From Corynebacterium glutamicum ATCC 13032 (GTDB taxonomy: Bacteria; Actinomycetota; Actinomycetes; Mycobacteriales; Mycobacteriaceae): a stretch of 32,000 bases of DNA. The stretch spans positions 600,001 to 632,000 of the forward strand of contig NC_003450.3 in the NCBI RefSeq assembly GCF_000011325.1, read 5' to 3'. This document shows positions 21,717-28,554 of this stretch, in pieces. The first letter of the stretch is position 1, and every line of letters begins with the position of its first letter. The notes beneath the pieces were generated by a model. That model had not been told where the DNA came from. It was given only the letters and a program-made list of their open reading frames with translations, and did not search any database. The position numbers and the translations under genes are program-made.

Positions 21717-22160
21717 ATGAGCGAAATCCTAGAAACCTATTGGGCACCCCACTTTGGAAAAACCGAAGAAGCCACAGCACTCGTTTCATACCTGGCACAA
21801 GCTTCCGGCGATCCCATTGAGGTTCACACCCTGTTCGGGGATTTAGGTTTAGACGGACTCTCTGGAAACTACACCGACACTGAGATTGACGGCTACGGCG
21901 ACGCATTCCTGCTGGTTGCAGCGCTATCCGTGTTGATGGCTGAAAACAAAGCAACAGGTGGCGTGAATCTGGGTGAGCTTGGGGGAGCTGATAAATCGAT
22001 CCGGCTGCATGTTGAATCCAAGGAGAACACCCAAATCAACACCGCATTGAAGTATTTTGCGCTCTCCCCAGAAGACCACGCAGCAGCAGATCGCTTCGAT
22101 GAGGATGACCTGTCTGAGCTTGCCAACTTGAGTGAAGAGCTGCGCGGACAGCTGGACTAA
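21717..22160 (+). CDS. hypothetical acidic cytoplasmic protein
   Basis: 147 aa with an ATG start and the SD AGGAGAG 6 nt upstream. It is strongly acidic, with no TM helix or signal peptide and no motif I recognise. Confidence 0.6.
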   Translation: MSEILETYWAPHFGKTEEATALVSYLAQASGDPIEVHTLFGDLGLDGLSGNYTDTEIDGYGDAFLLVAALSVLMAENKATGGVNLGELGGADKSIRLHVESKENTQINTALKYFALSPEDHAAADRFDEDDLSELANLSEELRGQLD

Positions 22161-22224
22161 TTGTCTCCCATTTAAGGAGTCCGATTCTTCAGTTGAGTAG
22201 ATGCCTCCAAGTGAGGCTGGGAGG

Positions 22225-22246
22225 CTCTTAGAATCGATTCTGAGAG
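22225..22246. repeat. 22-bp near-perfect palindrome (possible operator)
   Basis: CTCTTAGAATC|GATTCTGAGAG has 10 of 11 positions symmetric and a perfect 12-bp core AGAATCGATTCT. No loop is possible, so it is more operator-like than hairpin-like. Confidence 0.7.
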
Positions 22247-22289
22247 GGCACTTTTTATCGGCCCTGGGGTGGAATTTTTGATTGTTTTT

Positions 22290-22429
22290 GCAAAACCAGA
22301 CAGGCGTGCCAAAGGTCCTCAAAAATCTGAATCTTTGGCACGTGTGTTTGGTTATGGGGACTTGGAACCAGACAGGCGTGCCAAAACTTCAAGCAAAAGG
22401 AAGTTCTTGGCACGCGTGTCTGGTTTTGC
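22290..22429. repeat. 140-bp palindromic repeat element: four copies of a ~20-nt motif in alternating orientation
   Basis: AACCAGACAGGCGTGCCAAA occurs as a perfect direct repeat at 22294-22313 and 22366-22385. Imperfect inverted copies lie at 22333-22353 and 22406-22425. The outer 23-nt arms (22290-22312 and 22407-22429) are complementary at 22 of 23 positions. Confidence 0.85.
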
Positions 22430-22456
22430 TAAATCGACTACTCACATAGGGTCGGG

Positions 22457-23635
22457 CTAGTCATTCTGATCAGCGAACTCCACCTTCACATCGCCGATTC
22501 CAGAATTTACAACCAGATTCAACATCGGACCTTCCAAATCAGCATTGTGGGCGGCGAGGTCTCCAACATCACAGCGCGCTGTGCCCACACCGGCGGAGCA
22601 ACTCAAGCTTACTGGCACGTCATCAGGCAGGGTCACCATGACTTCACCGATACCTGAGGTGATTTGAACGTTTTGTTCCTGATCAAGTTGGGTGAGGTTG
22701 CTGAAATCTAGGTTCATTTCGCCCACACCAGAGGTGTAGCTGCTGAGGAGTTCATCGTTGGTGGGGATGAGATTGACATCGCCGATTCCAGGGTCGTCTT
22801 CAAAGTAGATGGGATCGATATTTGAAATAAACAGGCCTGCGAGGGCGCTCATGACAACTCCGGTACCAACTACACCGCCGACAATCCATGGCCACACATG
22901 GCGCTTTTTCTGAGGCTTTTGTGGAGGGACTTGTACATCCCAGGTGTTGTATTGGTTTTGGGCAAGTGGATCCCAATGAGGCGCTTCGGGGGTTTGTTGC
23001 GCGAAGGGTGCATAGTAGCCCTCAACGGGGGTGATAGTGCTTAGATCTGGTTGGGGTCGTGGGTAGAGATCTTCGTTTTTCATGGTGGCATCCTCAGAAA
23101 CAGTGAATTCAGTGGTGAGTAGTCCGCGGGGTGGAAGTGGTTGTTTCTTATGCAACGCCCACCACATGGCTAAAAGGCAAAGGTAAGTAATGGCTGCTGC
23201 TGGGCCGGATATTCCTCCAGCGCCGGAGGATAAAACACCTGAGAACATAAAGAACGCGATGACCAGCCACCAGCCGTGGTTGCGGTCTTTGGTGTGGCCC
23301 GGGGTCCAGAGAGCTTCGATGGGGGAGACCGGAACGGAGTAGCGGGGCATGCACAGCCATGCAATGAGATAGGCTGCGACACCGGCGCCGAAGACACCAG
23401 TGACCACGAAAAATAGACGAATGAGCACCGGGTCGATTTGATAACGCACACCAATGCCTTCACAGACACCAGCTACTTTGGCGTGACCACCTTGCTTGGC
23501 AGGGATGCGTGCGGGGCGGGTCTGCCACATTTGCTGAAAAGTACCAGTTGCAAGGTGTGGTGTTGGAGCTTCATAACCAGGTTGGGCAAAAGGGATGAAT
23601 CCCTGGTTGTGGTGGGGCTCCTGAAAAGTACTCAT
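22457..23635 (-). CDS. PspC-domain membrane protein with a LiaF/'toastrack'-like C-terminal domain
   Basis: 392 aa. The PspC domain is 'KVAGVCEGIGVRYQIDPVLIRLFFVVTGVFGAGVAAYLIAWLCMP'. Further TM helices follow, and the C-terminus has the repeated motifs 'GIGDVNL','GVGEMNLDF','GIGEVMVTL','GVGTARCDV','GIGDVKVEF'. Confidence 0.8.
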   Translation of the reverse strand: MSTFQEPHHNQGFIPFAQPGYEAPTPHLATGTFQQMWQTRPARIPAKQGGHAKVAGVCEGIGVRYQIDPVLIRLFFVVTGVFGAGVAAYLIAWLCMPRYSVPVSPIEALWTPGHTKDRNHGWWLVIAFFMFSGVLSSGAGGISGPAAAITYLCLLAMWWALHKKQPLPPRGLLTTEFTVSEDATMKNEDLYPRPQPDLSTITPVEGYYAPFAQQTPEAPHWDPLAQNQYNTWDVQVPPQKPQKKRHVWPWIVGGVVGTGVVMSALAGLFISNIDPIYFEDDPGIGDVNLIPTNDELLSSYTSGVGEMNLDFSNLTQLDQEQNVQITSGIGEVMVTLPDDVPVSLSCSAGVGTARCDVGDLAAHNADLEGPMLNLVVNSGIGDVKVEFADQND

Positions 23636-23670
23636 AGACTCTATTGTGGAGTGTTGAGGCTGATAAGTGA

Positions 23671-24942
23671 ATGGGGGAAAGCCCTGAAAAGGTGGCGTTC
23701 AGGGTCTTCCCTGATGGTTTGGTGTCGCAGGGGCATGACATGATCGAAGATATGAGTAACACACCTGCGCCTTATACCCCGCAGCCTGCGGGGCAAGCGG
23801 TGCCTTTATATCCCACGTTTACCCGGTCAAGAGATGGTCGGGTTGTTGCGGGTGTCGCATCGGGGCTGGCAAAGCATCTTAATGTGTCGGTGTTTTGGGT
23901 TCGTGCGCTGCTGATTTTTGCGGCGTTGCTGAGCGGTGCGGGTCTTTTTGCGTATGCCTTGATTTGGATTTTTACGCGCATTGAGAAAAAGGGGAGTGGG
24001 GAGGCGTCGACAAGCAAGCGCTGGGTGTCGTGGTGCCTGGTGCTGCTCGCTATCGGTGGTGCTGCGGCGTCGGTGATGCTGAGCACCGGCTTCGCGGTGG
24101 GCACGTTGGTGCCCATCGGCGTGGTCGGTGTGGGCCTGTTGATGGTGTGGCTGGCGTATGACCGCGGGGTGGAATCCGGCCCGAATCTGCTGATTATTGC
24201 CACCGGCGGTGTGTTGATGCTGGTGGCGATCGTGCTGATCGTGATGAATTGGAACACCCAGGACGGCTTCGTCATGGCGCTGGTGGCCGTGGTGCTCACG
24301 CTGGTGGGTGTGGCTGCGCTGGGCGTTCCGCTGTGGGTGCGGATGTGGGATCAGCTGGGCGAGGAGCGCGCGGAAAAAGCCGCAGCTGCTGAGCGCGCAG
24401 ATATTGCTTCCCGCCTGCATGATTCGGTACTGCAGACCTTGGCGCTGATTCAAAAGCGTGCCGACGACCCCGCCGAAGTCGCCCGCCTGGCCCGCGGGCA
24501 GGAACGCGAGCTGCGTCAATGGCTGTTTGATTCCCAAGATAAAACACCTCAAACAACCGGCACTGTCTTTACTGCGTTGGAGCGCGCCTGCGGTGAAGTC
24601 GAGGATATTTACGCTCTGCGTATCGTGCCTGTGACCGTGGGAACCGATGAAGCGCTGACTGAGAAAACGCAGGCAGCGGTGATGGCAGTCCGCGAAGCAC
24701 TCGTGAACGTGGCCAAGCATGCCGGCGTGGAAACCGCCGATGTGTACGCCGAAATTATGCTCGGCGAACTGAACATTTTCGTCCGCGACCGCGGTGCAGG
24801 ATTCGACCCCGACAACATCCCCGACGGGCACCACGGGCTCGCCGAATCCGTCCAAGGCCGCGTCGAACGAGCCGGCGGAAAAGTACGCATCAAATCTGAA
24901 ATCGGCGAAGGCACCGAAGTGGCAATCACCATGGATGTGTAG
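23671..24942 (+). CDS. sensor histidine kinase (HisKA_3/NarX-LiaS class) with an N-terminal PspC domain
   Basis: 423-aa ORF with alternative starts at 23740 and 23752. The PspC domain is 'RVVAGVASGLAKHLNVSVFWVRALLIFAALLSGAGLFAYALIWIF'. It has about 5 TM helices, the H-box 'ASRLHDSVLQTLALI', and ATPase N and G boxes ('NVAKHAG','DRGAGFD','GLAESV'). I believe this is the C. glutamicum cgtS10 locus but cannot verify that here. Confidence 0.85.
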   Translation: MGESPEKVAFRVFPDGLVSQGHDMIEDMSNTPAPYTPQPAGQAVPLYPTFTRSRDGRVVAGVASGLAKHLNVSVFWVRALLIFAALLSGAGLFAYALIWIFTRIEKKGSGEASTSKRWVSWCLVLLAIGGAAASVMLSTGFAVGTLVPIGVVGVGLLMVWLAYDRGVESGPNLLIIATGGVLMLVAIVLIVMNWNTQDGFVMALVAVVLTLVGVAALGVPLWVRMWDQLGEERAEKAAAAERADIASRLHDSVLQTLALIQKRADDPAEVARLARGQERELRQWLFDSQDKTPQTTGTVFTALERACGEVEDIYALRIVPVTVGTDEALTEKTQAAVMAVREALVNVAKHAGVETADVYAEIMLGELNIFVRDRGAGFDPDNIPDGHHGLAESVQGRVERAGGKVRIKSEIGEGTEVAITMDV

Positions 24943-24984
24943 TTGGTCGTACGCGCGTGTCTTCGGGGCTGTAACCTGAAAGGC

Positions 24985-25677
24985 ATGGTTGATGTGTTTT
25001 TGGTCGATGACCACTCCGTGTTTCGCTCCGGCGTCAAAGCAGAACTAGGCAACGCCGTCACAGTAGTCGGCGAAGCAGGGACGGTGGCCGACGCCGTAGC
25101 CGGCATCAAGGCAAGCAAACCAGAGGTAGTGCTTCTCGACGTCCACATGCCCGACGGCGGCGGCCTCGCAGTGCTCCAGCAGATCAACGACTCCGATGTG
25201 GACACCATTTTCTTGGCACTCAGTGTCTCTGATGCTGCGGAAGATGTCATCGCCATCATCCGTGGCGGTGCCAGGGGATACGTGACCAAATCAATCTCCG
25301 GTGAAGAACTCATCGAAGCCATCAACCGCGTGAAATCCGGCGACGCATTCTTCTCACCACGCCTGGCAGGCTTCGTCCTCGACGCCTTCGCCGCCCCCGA
25401 TTCCGCAGCTGGCGCAGGCATTGTCGACGCACCCGAAAAAGACGCCGCCGTAGAATCCGGAAAAATCCTCGACGACCCAGTTGTCGACGCCCTCACCCGC
25501 CGCGAACTCGAAGTCCTCCGCCTACTAGCCCGCGGCTACACCTACAAAGAAATCGGCAAAGAACTGTTCATTTCCGTCAAAACCGTGGAAACCCACGCCT
25601 CAAACATTCTGCGGAAAACCCAACAATCCAACCGCCACGCGTTGACCCGGTGGGCTCACTCGAGGGATCTTGACTAA
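24985..25677 (+). CDS. NarL/LuxR-family response regulator
   Basis: 230 aa from the ATG at 24985 (MVDVFLVDDH...), preceded by GAAAGG. The receiver Asp context is 'VVLLDVHMPDGGG' and the LuxR HTH is 'LTRRELEVLRLLARGYTYKEIGKELFISVKTVETHASNILRKT'. It has an unusually long Ala/Asp-rich linker. Confidence 0.9.
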   Translation: MVDVFLVDDHSVFRSGVKAELGNAVTVVGEAGTVADAVAGIKASKPEVVLLDVHMPDGGGLAVLQQINDSDVDTIFLALSVSDAAEDVIAIIRGGARGYVTKSISGEELIEAINRVKSGDAFFSPRLAGFVLDAFAAPDSAAGAGIVDAPEKDAAVESGKILDDPVVDALTRRELEVLRLLARGYTYKEIGKELFISVKTVETHASNILRKTQQSNRHALTRWAHSRDLD

Positions 25678-26003
25678 TGGCGGCTAAAAAGAGTGGCGCT
25701 GGTTCTCGGGGTGGGGCTGGGAGGTCAGCTTCGGCTGATAAACAGATCGATCAAAGCCAAGCGAAATTCACCTTCCAACCCACCCGAACACTGCTGTTCA
25801 GTGTTATTTTCACCGTCTTGGTGATGTGGCAATCCGGTTTCTCATACTGGTACGCGATCCCTATTTTGTTCTTCATCTGGGCGATTTTCATCCTCGGCCA
25901 CAGCTTCTACAACTGGGCAAACCTCAAGTTGATCGAAATGGGGCGCCGCAACAAACAGGTCCTAGAAGAACAAGAAAAGCAGAAAAAGAAGAGGGGCTTC
26001 TAG
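25677..26003 (+). CDS. small 2-TM membrane protein translationally coupled to the response regulator
   Basis: 108 aa. The start overlaps the regulator stop (TAATG). It has a basic Gly/Ser N-terminus, two hydrophobic helices ('LLFSVIFTVLVMW','AIPILFFIWAIFILG') and a Lys/Glu-rich tail. Confidence 0.6.
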   Translation: MAAKKSGAGSRGGAGRSASADKQIDQSQAKFTFQPTRTLLFSVIFTVLVMWQSGFSYWYAIPILFFIWAIFILGHSFYNWANLKLIEMGRRNKQVLEEQEKQKKKRGF

Positions 26004-26066
26004 GCTCTGTTTGGGGTTGAGCTGTAGTGGAGCGGACTGCTTAGGTCGATTTCCTGGGTGGTCCGT

Positions 26067-26558
26067 TTAGGTGTTTCGGCGGGGGCCTTCAGCGAACGCC
26101 AGCTTCCGGCTGCCATCCACGTGGGGGAACGTTAAATACATCCAGCCGGTAGCTGCCAGGAACACTAGAATCGTTGCCCACAATGGCGCTCCTGAAATAA
26201 TCGGTGCAAGCATCAGCGCCAGCCATGTGAAAAATAGTGGCATCACCTGGCCAATGGTGGGGACTGGTGAAATATTGTTTTGGAAGCGGTACATCCTCAT
26301 CTCCCCACGGTAAGGATGCGCAAAAGCGATGAGCAGCGCGAGTGCCAGACCAACTCCAGTGACAGAAAACTTTACGGCCGGGGCTAGATCAGTGGTTAAT
26401 GAAGCGATGGCAGCACCTACTAATACCGAGCTACTCAGCCGCACGCTCACCGGCGTTGGAATTGGGGTGACGTGGGACTTCATGGTGTTGTAGCTGTTCA
26501 TCGGATCCATAATTTCTAAGAGTATCGCCTTCCCAAAACCCATGCTGCAGGAGTGCAC
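26067..26558 (-). CDS. hypothetical 4-TM membrane protein
   Basis: 163-aa ORF. The start is uncertain and internal Met codons are possible. It has four hydrophobic segments and lies 15 bp downstream of the lipoprotein gene on the same strand. Confidence 0.55.
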   Translation of the reverse strand: MHSCSMGFGKAILLEIMDPMNSYNTMKSHVTPIPTPVSVRLSSSVLVGAAIASLTTDLAPAVKFSVTGVGLALALLIAFAHPYRGEMRMYRFQNNISPVPTIGQVMPLFFTWLALMLAPIISGAPLWATILVFLAATGWMYLTFPHVDGSRKLAFAEGPRRNT

Positions 26559-26573
26559 TCTTTGATTTTAGAT

Positions 26574-27539
26574 TTATGGCCCATAGACCCATTGTCCGCC
26601 TGAGCACATCATTATATTTCCAGAAGCATCTTGCCCACCGGCCTCGTATCCTTCGCATGCCCCACCCGGTGTAGCAGTCCCGACTCCGAGAGGTTCTGGG
26701 CCGTAGACCCAGATTGGGTTGGGGGTTCCTGCATAAATGCAGACCAAAGCTGAACCATCTGCAGCTTGACTTGGCTGCTGGAGCATCGAGACAGGGCAAG
26801 AAGCGCCATAAGCAGGTACCGCAGGAGCAGGGGCTACAGGAGTTTCAATGGTGTTTTGTGAGATCACAGTTTCCTGTACTGGAGTTTGCTGAGGGGTGCT
26901 CGGATCGATTGCTGCTTCGTCTCGCATAGTTGATTCAGTAGCTGGCTCCGAATTACTCAAATCATTGAGTGCAATCCAAGTTAGTTTCCCATCACCGAGC
27001 TCACTATGTGTGAATCCAAATCGCTCCGCAGTGGCATCTTTAGGGATTTGAAATACCCAAGTCATTGGTGCGTCGAAACCGGATCCTAGATTATGGTTGC
27101 ATTCCGGGTTTCCTGGGATGAGGAATAAATCGCGTATTGGTTGGTATACGGCCTCTTGATTAGTGGAGATTTCTGCATAGACAGTTGAACCAGTGGATGC
27201 ACAGGTGATGTCCATATCTGCTCCACTCTCGTTCTTTATAGTGGTTTCGACTACGACAAAGATTCCGTCTTCTCTAGACATCTCGGGTTGGATGTCGCCA
27301 GAAGGTCTGTCTAGGGATTCCATTTCTACAGAGTCTGTCGTGAAGGCAGAATCGATAGTGATCGTCACGCCGTCTGCTGATACTGCGGAGTTCATTTCAG
27401 GCAGAGTCGAGGTTGTTTTCGTTGCAACACTAGACACTGTCGTCTCCGATATAGCGGTATCTTCCGTAGTAGAGCAGGAAGATAGCCCTAGGCCCAAGGC
27501 GATTAATGCTGTGGCGAAAGCACGGGAGCGTTTAGACAT
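26574..27539 (-). CDS. secreted lipoprotein with a DUF4352-like beta-sandwich and duplicated C-terminal Cys motif
   Basis: 321 aa with signal peptide and lipobox 'ALIALGLGLSSC'. The central region 'DGIFVVVETTIKNESGADMDI' resembles DUF4352. The C-terminus carries two units, each with 2 Cys and ending in 'WVYGP'. Confidence 0.75.
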   Translation of the reverse strand: MSKRSRAFATALIALGLGLSSCSTTEDTAISETTVSSVATKTTSTLPEMNSAVSADGVTITIDSAFTTDSVEMESLDRPSGDIQPEMSREDGIFVVVETTIKNESGADMDITCASTGSTVYAEISTNQEAVYQPIRDLFLIPGNPECNHNLGSGFDAPMTWVFQIPKDATAERFGFTHSELGDGKLTWIALNDLSNSEPATESTMRDEAAIDPSTPQQTPVQETVISQNTIETPVAPAPAVPAYGASCPVSMLQQPSQAADGSALVCIYAGTPNPIWVYGPEPLGVGTATPGGACEGYEAGGQDASGNIMMCSGGQWVYGP

Positions 27540-27767
27540 GATTCGACTTTTCCTCAGCCTTTATTTGATTTCGTTTCGAGTAAAAATTAAATCTAGCAGG
27601 TTTCATTTTCATGGACGTTGAAATGGTTTTTGAAAAGTAGATAAGGGGATAAGCCTTTGTTTGGGGCAGCTGTGGATTTTTCACAACCACCCCTTTTCTC
27701 ACACCAGCCCCGCATGAACAGGCTGGTTGCACACCGTTGAAAATGAGTGTTTACTGGAACTCATGAG

Positions 27768-27783
27768 TGGAACAGGTGTTCGA
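27768..27783 (+). promoter_or_regulatory. LexA SOS box upstream of imuA'-imuB
   Basis: TGGAACAGGTGTTCGA matches the corynebacterial/mycobacterial SOS box TCGAA(A/C)ANNTGTTCGA (TCGAAC-N4-GTTCGA) at 15 of 16 positions. Confidence 0.7.
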
Positions 27784-27807
27784 AAGTTGTGGGGAGATGG
27801 CACTCCG

Positions 27808-28554
27808 GTGTCGCTCCCTGACCTTTCAGGATTAAGTAGAGCGGAGCGCATTGATGCGTTGCGTTCACGCATGTCCACCATGGGTGCTGCGGTGCCAAAG
27901 TTTGAGCCGTCGGTGGAAGAAAGTGCTGAACAAAAGCAGGATTCTCTCGCCGAAAAACAGGACATAGTTGCAGTTCCTTCCGCTTTTTCTGATCTTTTCC
28001 CTGGGGATGGTTTGCCGCGTCGTGCGGTTACTCAATTGGTTGAACAGCCACTTGTGGTGGTGGACTTCCTGGCTCATATTACTGCCCAGGGTGGACACGC
28101 TGCGGTGATTGGGTGGAAGGATTTAGCCTACGCCGGGGTGATTGATTCCGGAGGTGTGTGCGAGAACATCATTGCTATTCCAAATCCTGGTACGGAGCCA
28201 CTGAATGTGGCAGCGGTGCTGTGTGAGGGGTTGGATGTGGTCGTGTACAAAGGCCCGGAGATTTCCCTGTCGCCAACCAGAGCGAGGCCGTTGCTGGGAA
28301 AGCTGAGGCAGGGGACTGCTGCCTTGGTGATGGTTGGCACGAAAGTAAGCTCACCGGCGCTGTCGGTGGATGCAGAGATCACTGATTATGTTGGCATTGG
28401 TGCAGGTAGTGGGCGTATTCGTGGCGTTGAGATGCAGGTGCGGGCTGTGTCGAAAACTCACGGTGTGCGCAGCGGAAAAGTCCTGATCAGTAGGCCTCAG
28501 GATGCAGCATTGCTTGAGCCTGAACAGCCAACAACGTTGCGGGCGGTCCCATGA
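27808..28554 (+). CDS. imuA: ImuA'-like SOS mutagenesis accessory protein (RecA-fold, no Walker A)
   Basis: The longest ORF starts at 27727 but contains the SOS box. The GTG at 27808, with the SD GGGGAGA 10 nt upstream, is the more likely start (248 aa). There is an ATGA overlap with imuB, and the gene order matches Mtb Rv3395c-Rv3394c. Confidence 0.7.
   Translation: MSLPDLSGLSRAERIDALRSRMSTMGAAVPKFEPSVEESAEQKQDSLAEKQDIVAVPSAFSDLFPGDGLPRRAVTQLVEQPLVVVDFLAHITAQGGHAAVIGWKDLAYAGVIDSGGVCENIIAIPNPGTEPLNVAAVLCEGLDVVVYKGPEISLSPTRARPLLGKLRQGTAALVMVGTKVSSPALSVDAEITDYVGIGAGSGRIRGVEMQVRAVSKTHGVRSGKVLISRPQDAALLEPEQPTTLRAVP

Noticed and set aside
22290-22429. Repeat array considered as a miniature CRISPR
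   Set aside because: There are only two direct copies, each paired with an inverted copy. The spacing (72 bp, with palindromic partners) is not a repeat-spacer architecture, and the window contains no cas genes.
22269-22460. 63-aa ORF spanning the palindromic repeat element, with an internally repeated 'PDRRAK...LARV' peptide
   Set aside because: The amino-acid repeat is simply the translation of the nucleotide repeat. The ORF has no SD and a GTG start in an A/T run, and it ends inside the neighbouring gene's stop region. The DNA/RNA-level repeat is the more parsimonious explanation.
24971-24993. A second GTAAC motif (GTAACC) before the response-regulator start, considered as a SigD promoter
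   Set aside because: The spacing to the nearest GAT is 14 nt, not 17. The -35 hexamer also deviates, so it is probably a chance occurrence.
23827-25496. 395-aa and 295-aa ORFs antisense to the histidine kinase and response regulator
   Set aside because: Their His/Arg/Gln- or Ser/Thr/Ala-rich low-complexity translations are typical of antisense frames in GC-rich coding DNA. The sense-strand proteins carry complete kinase and regulator motifs.
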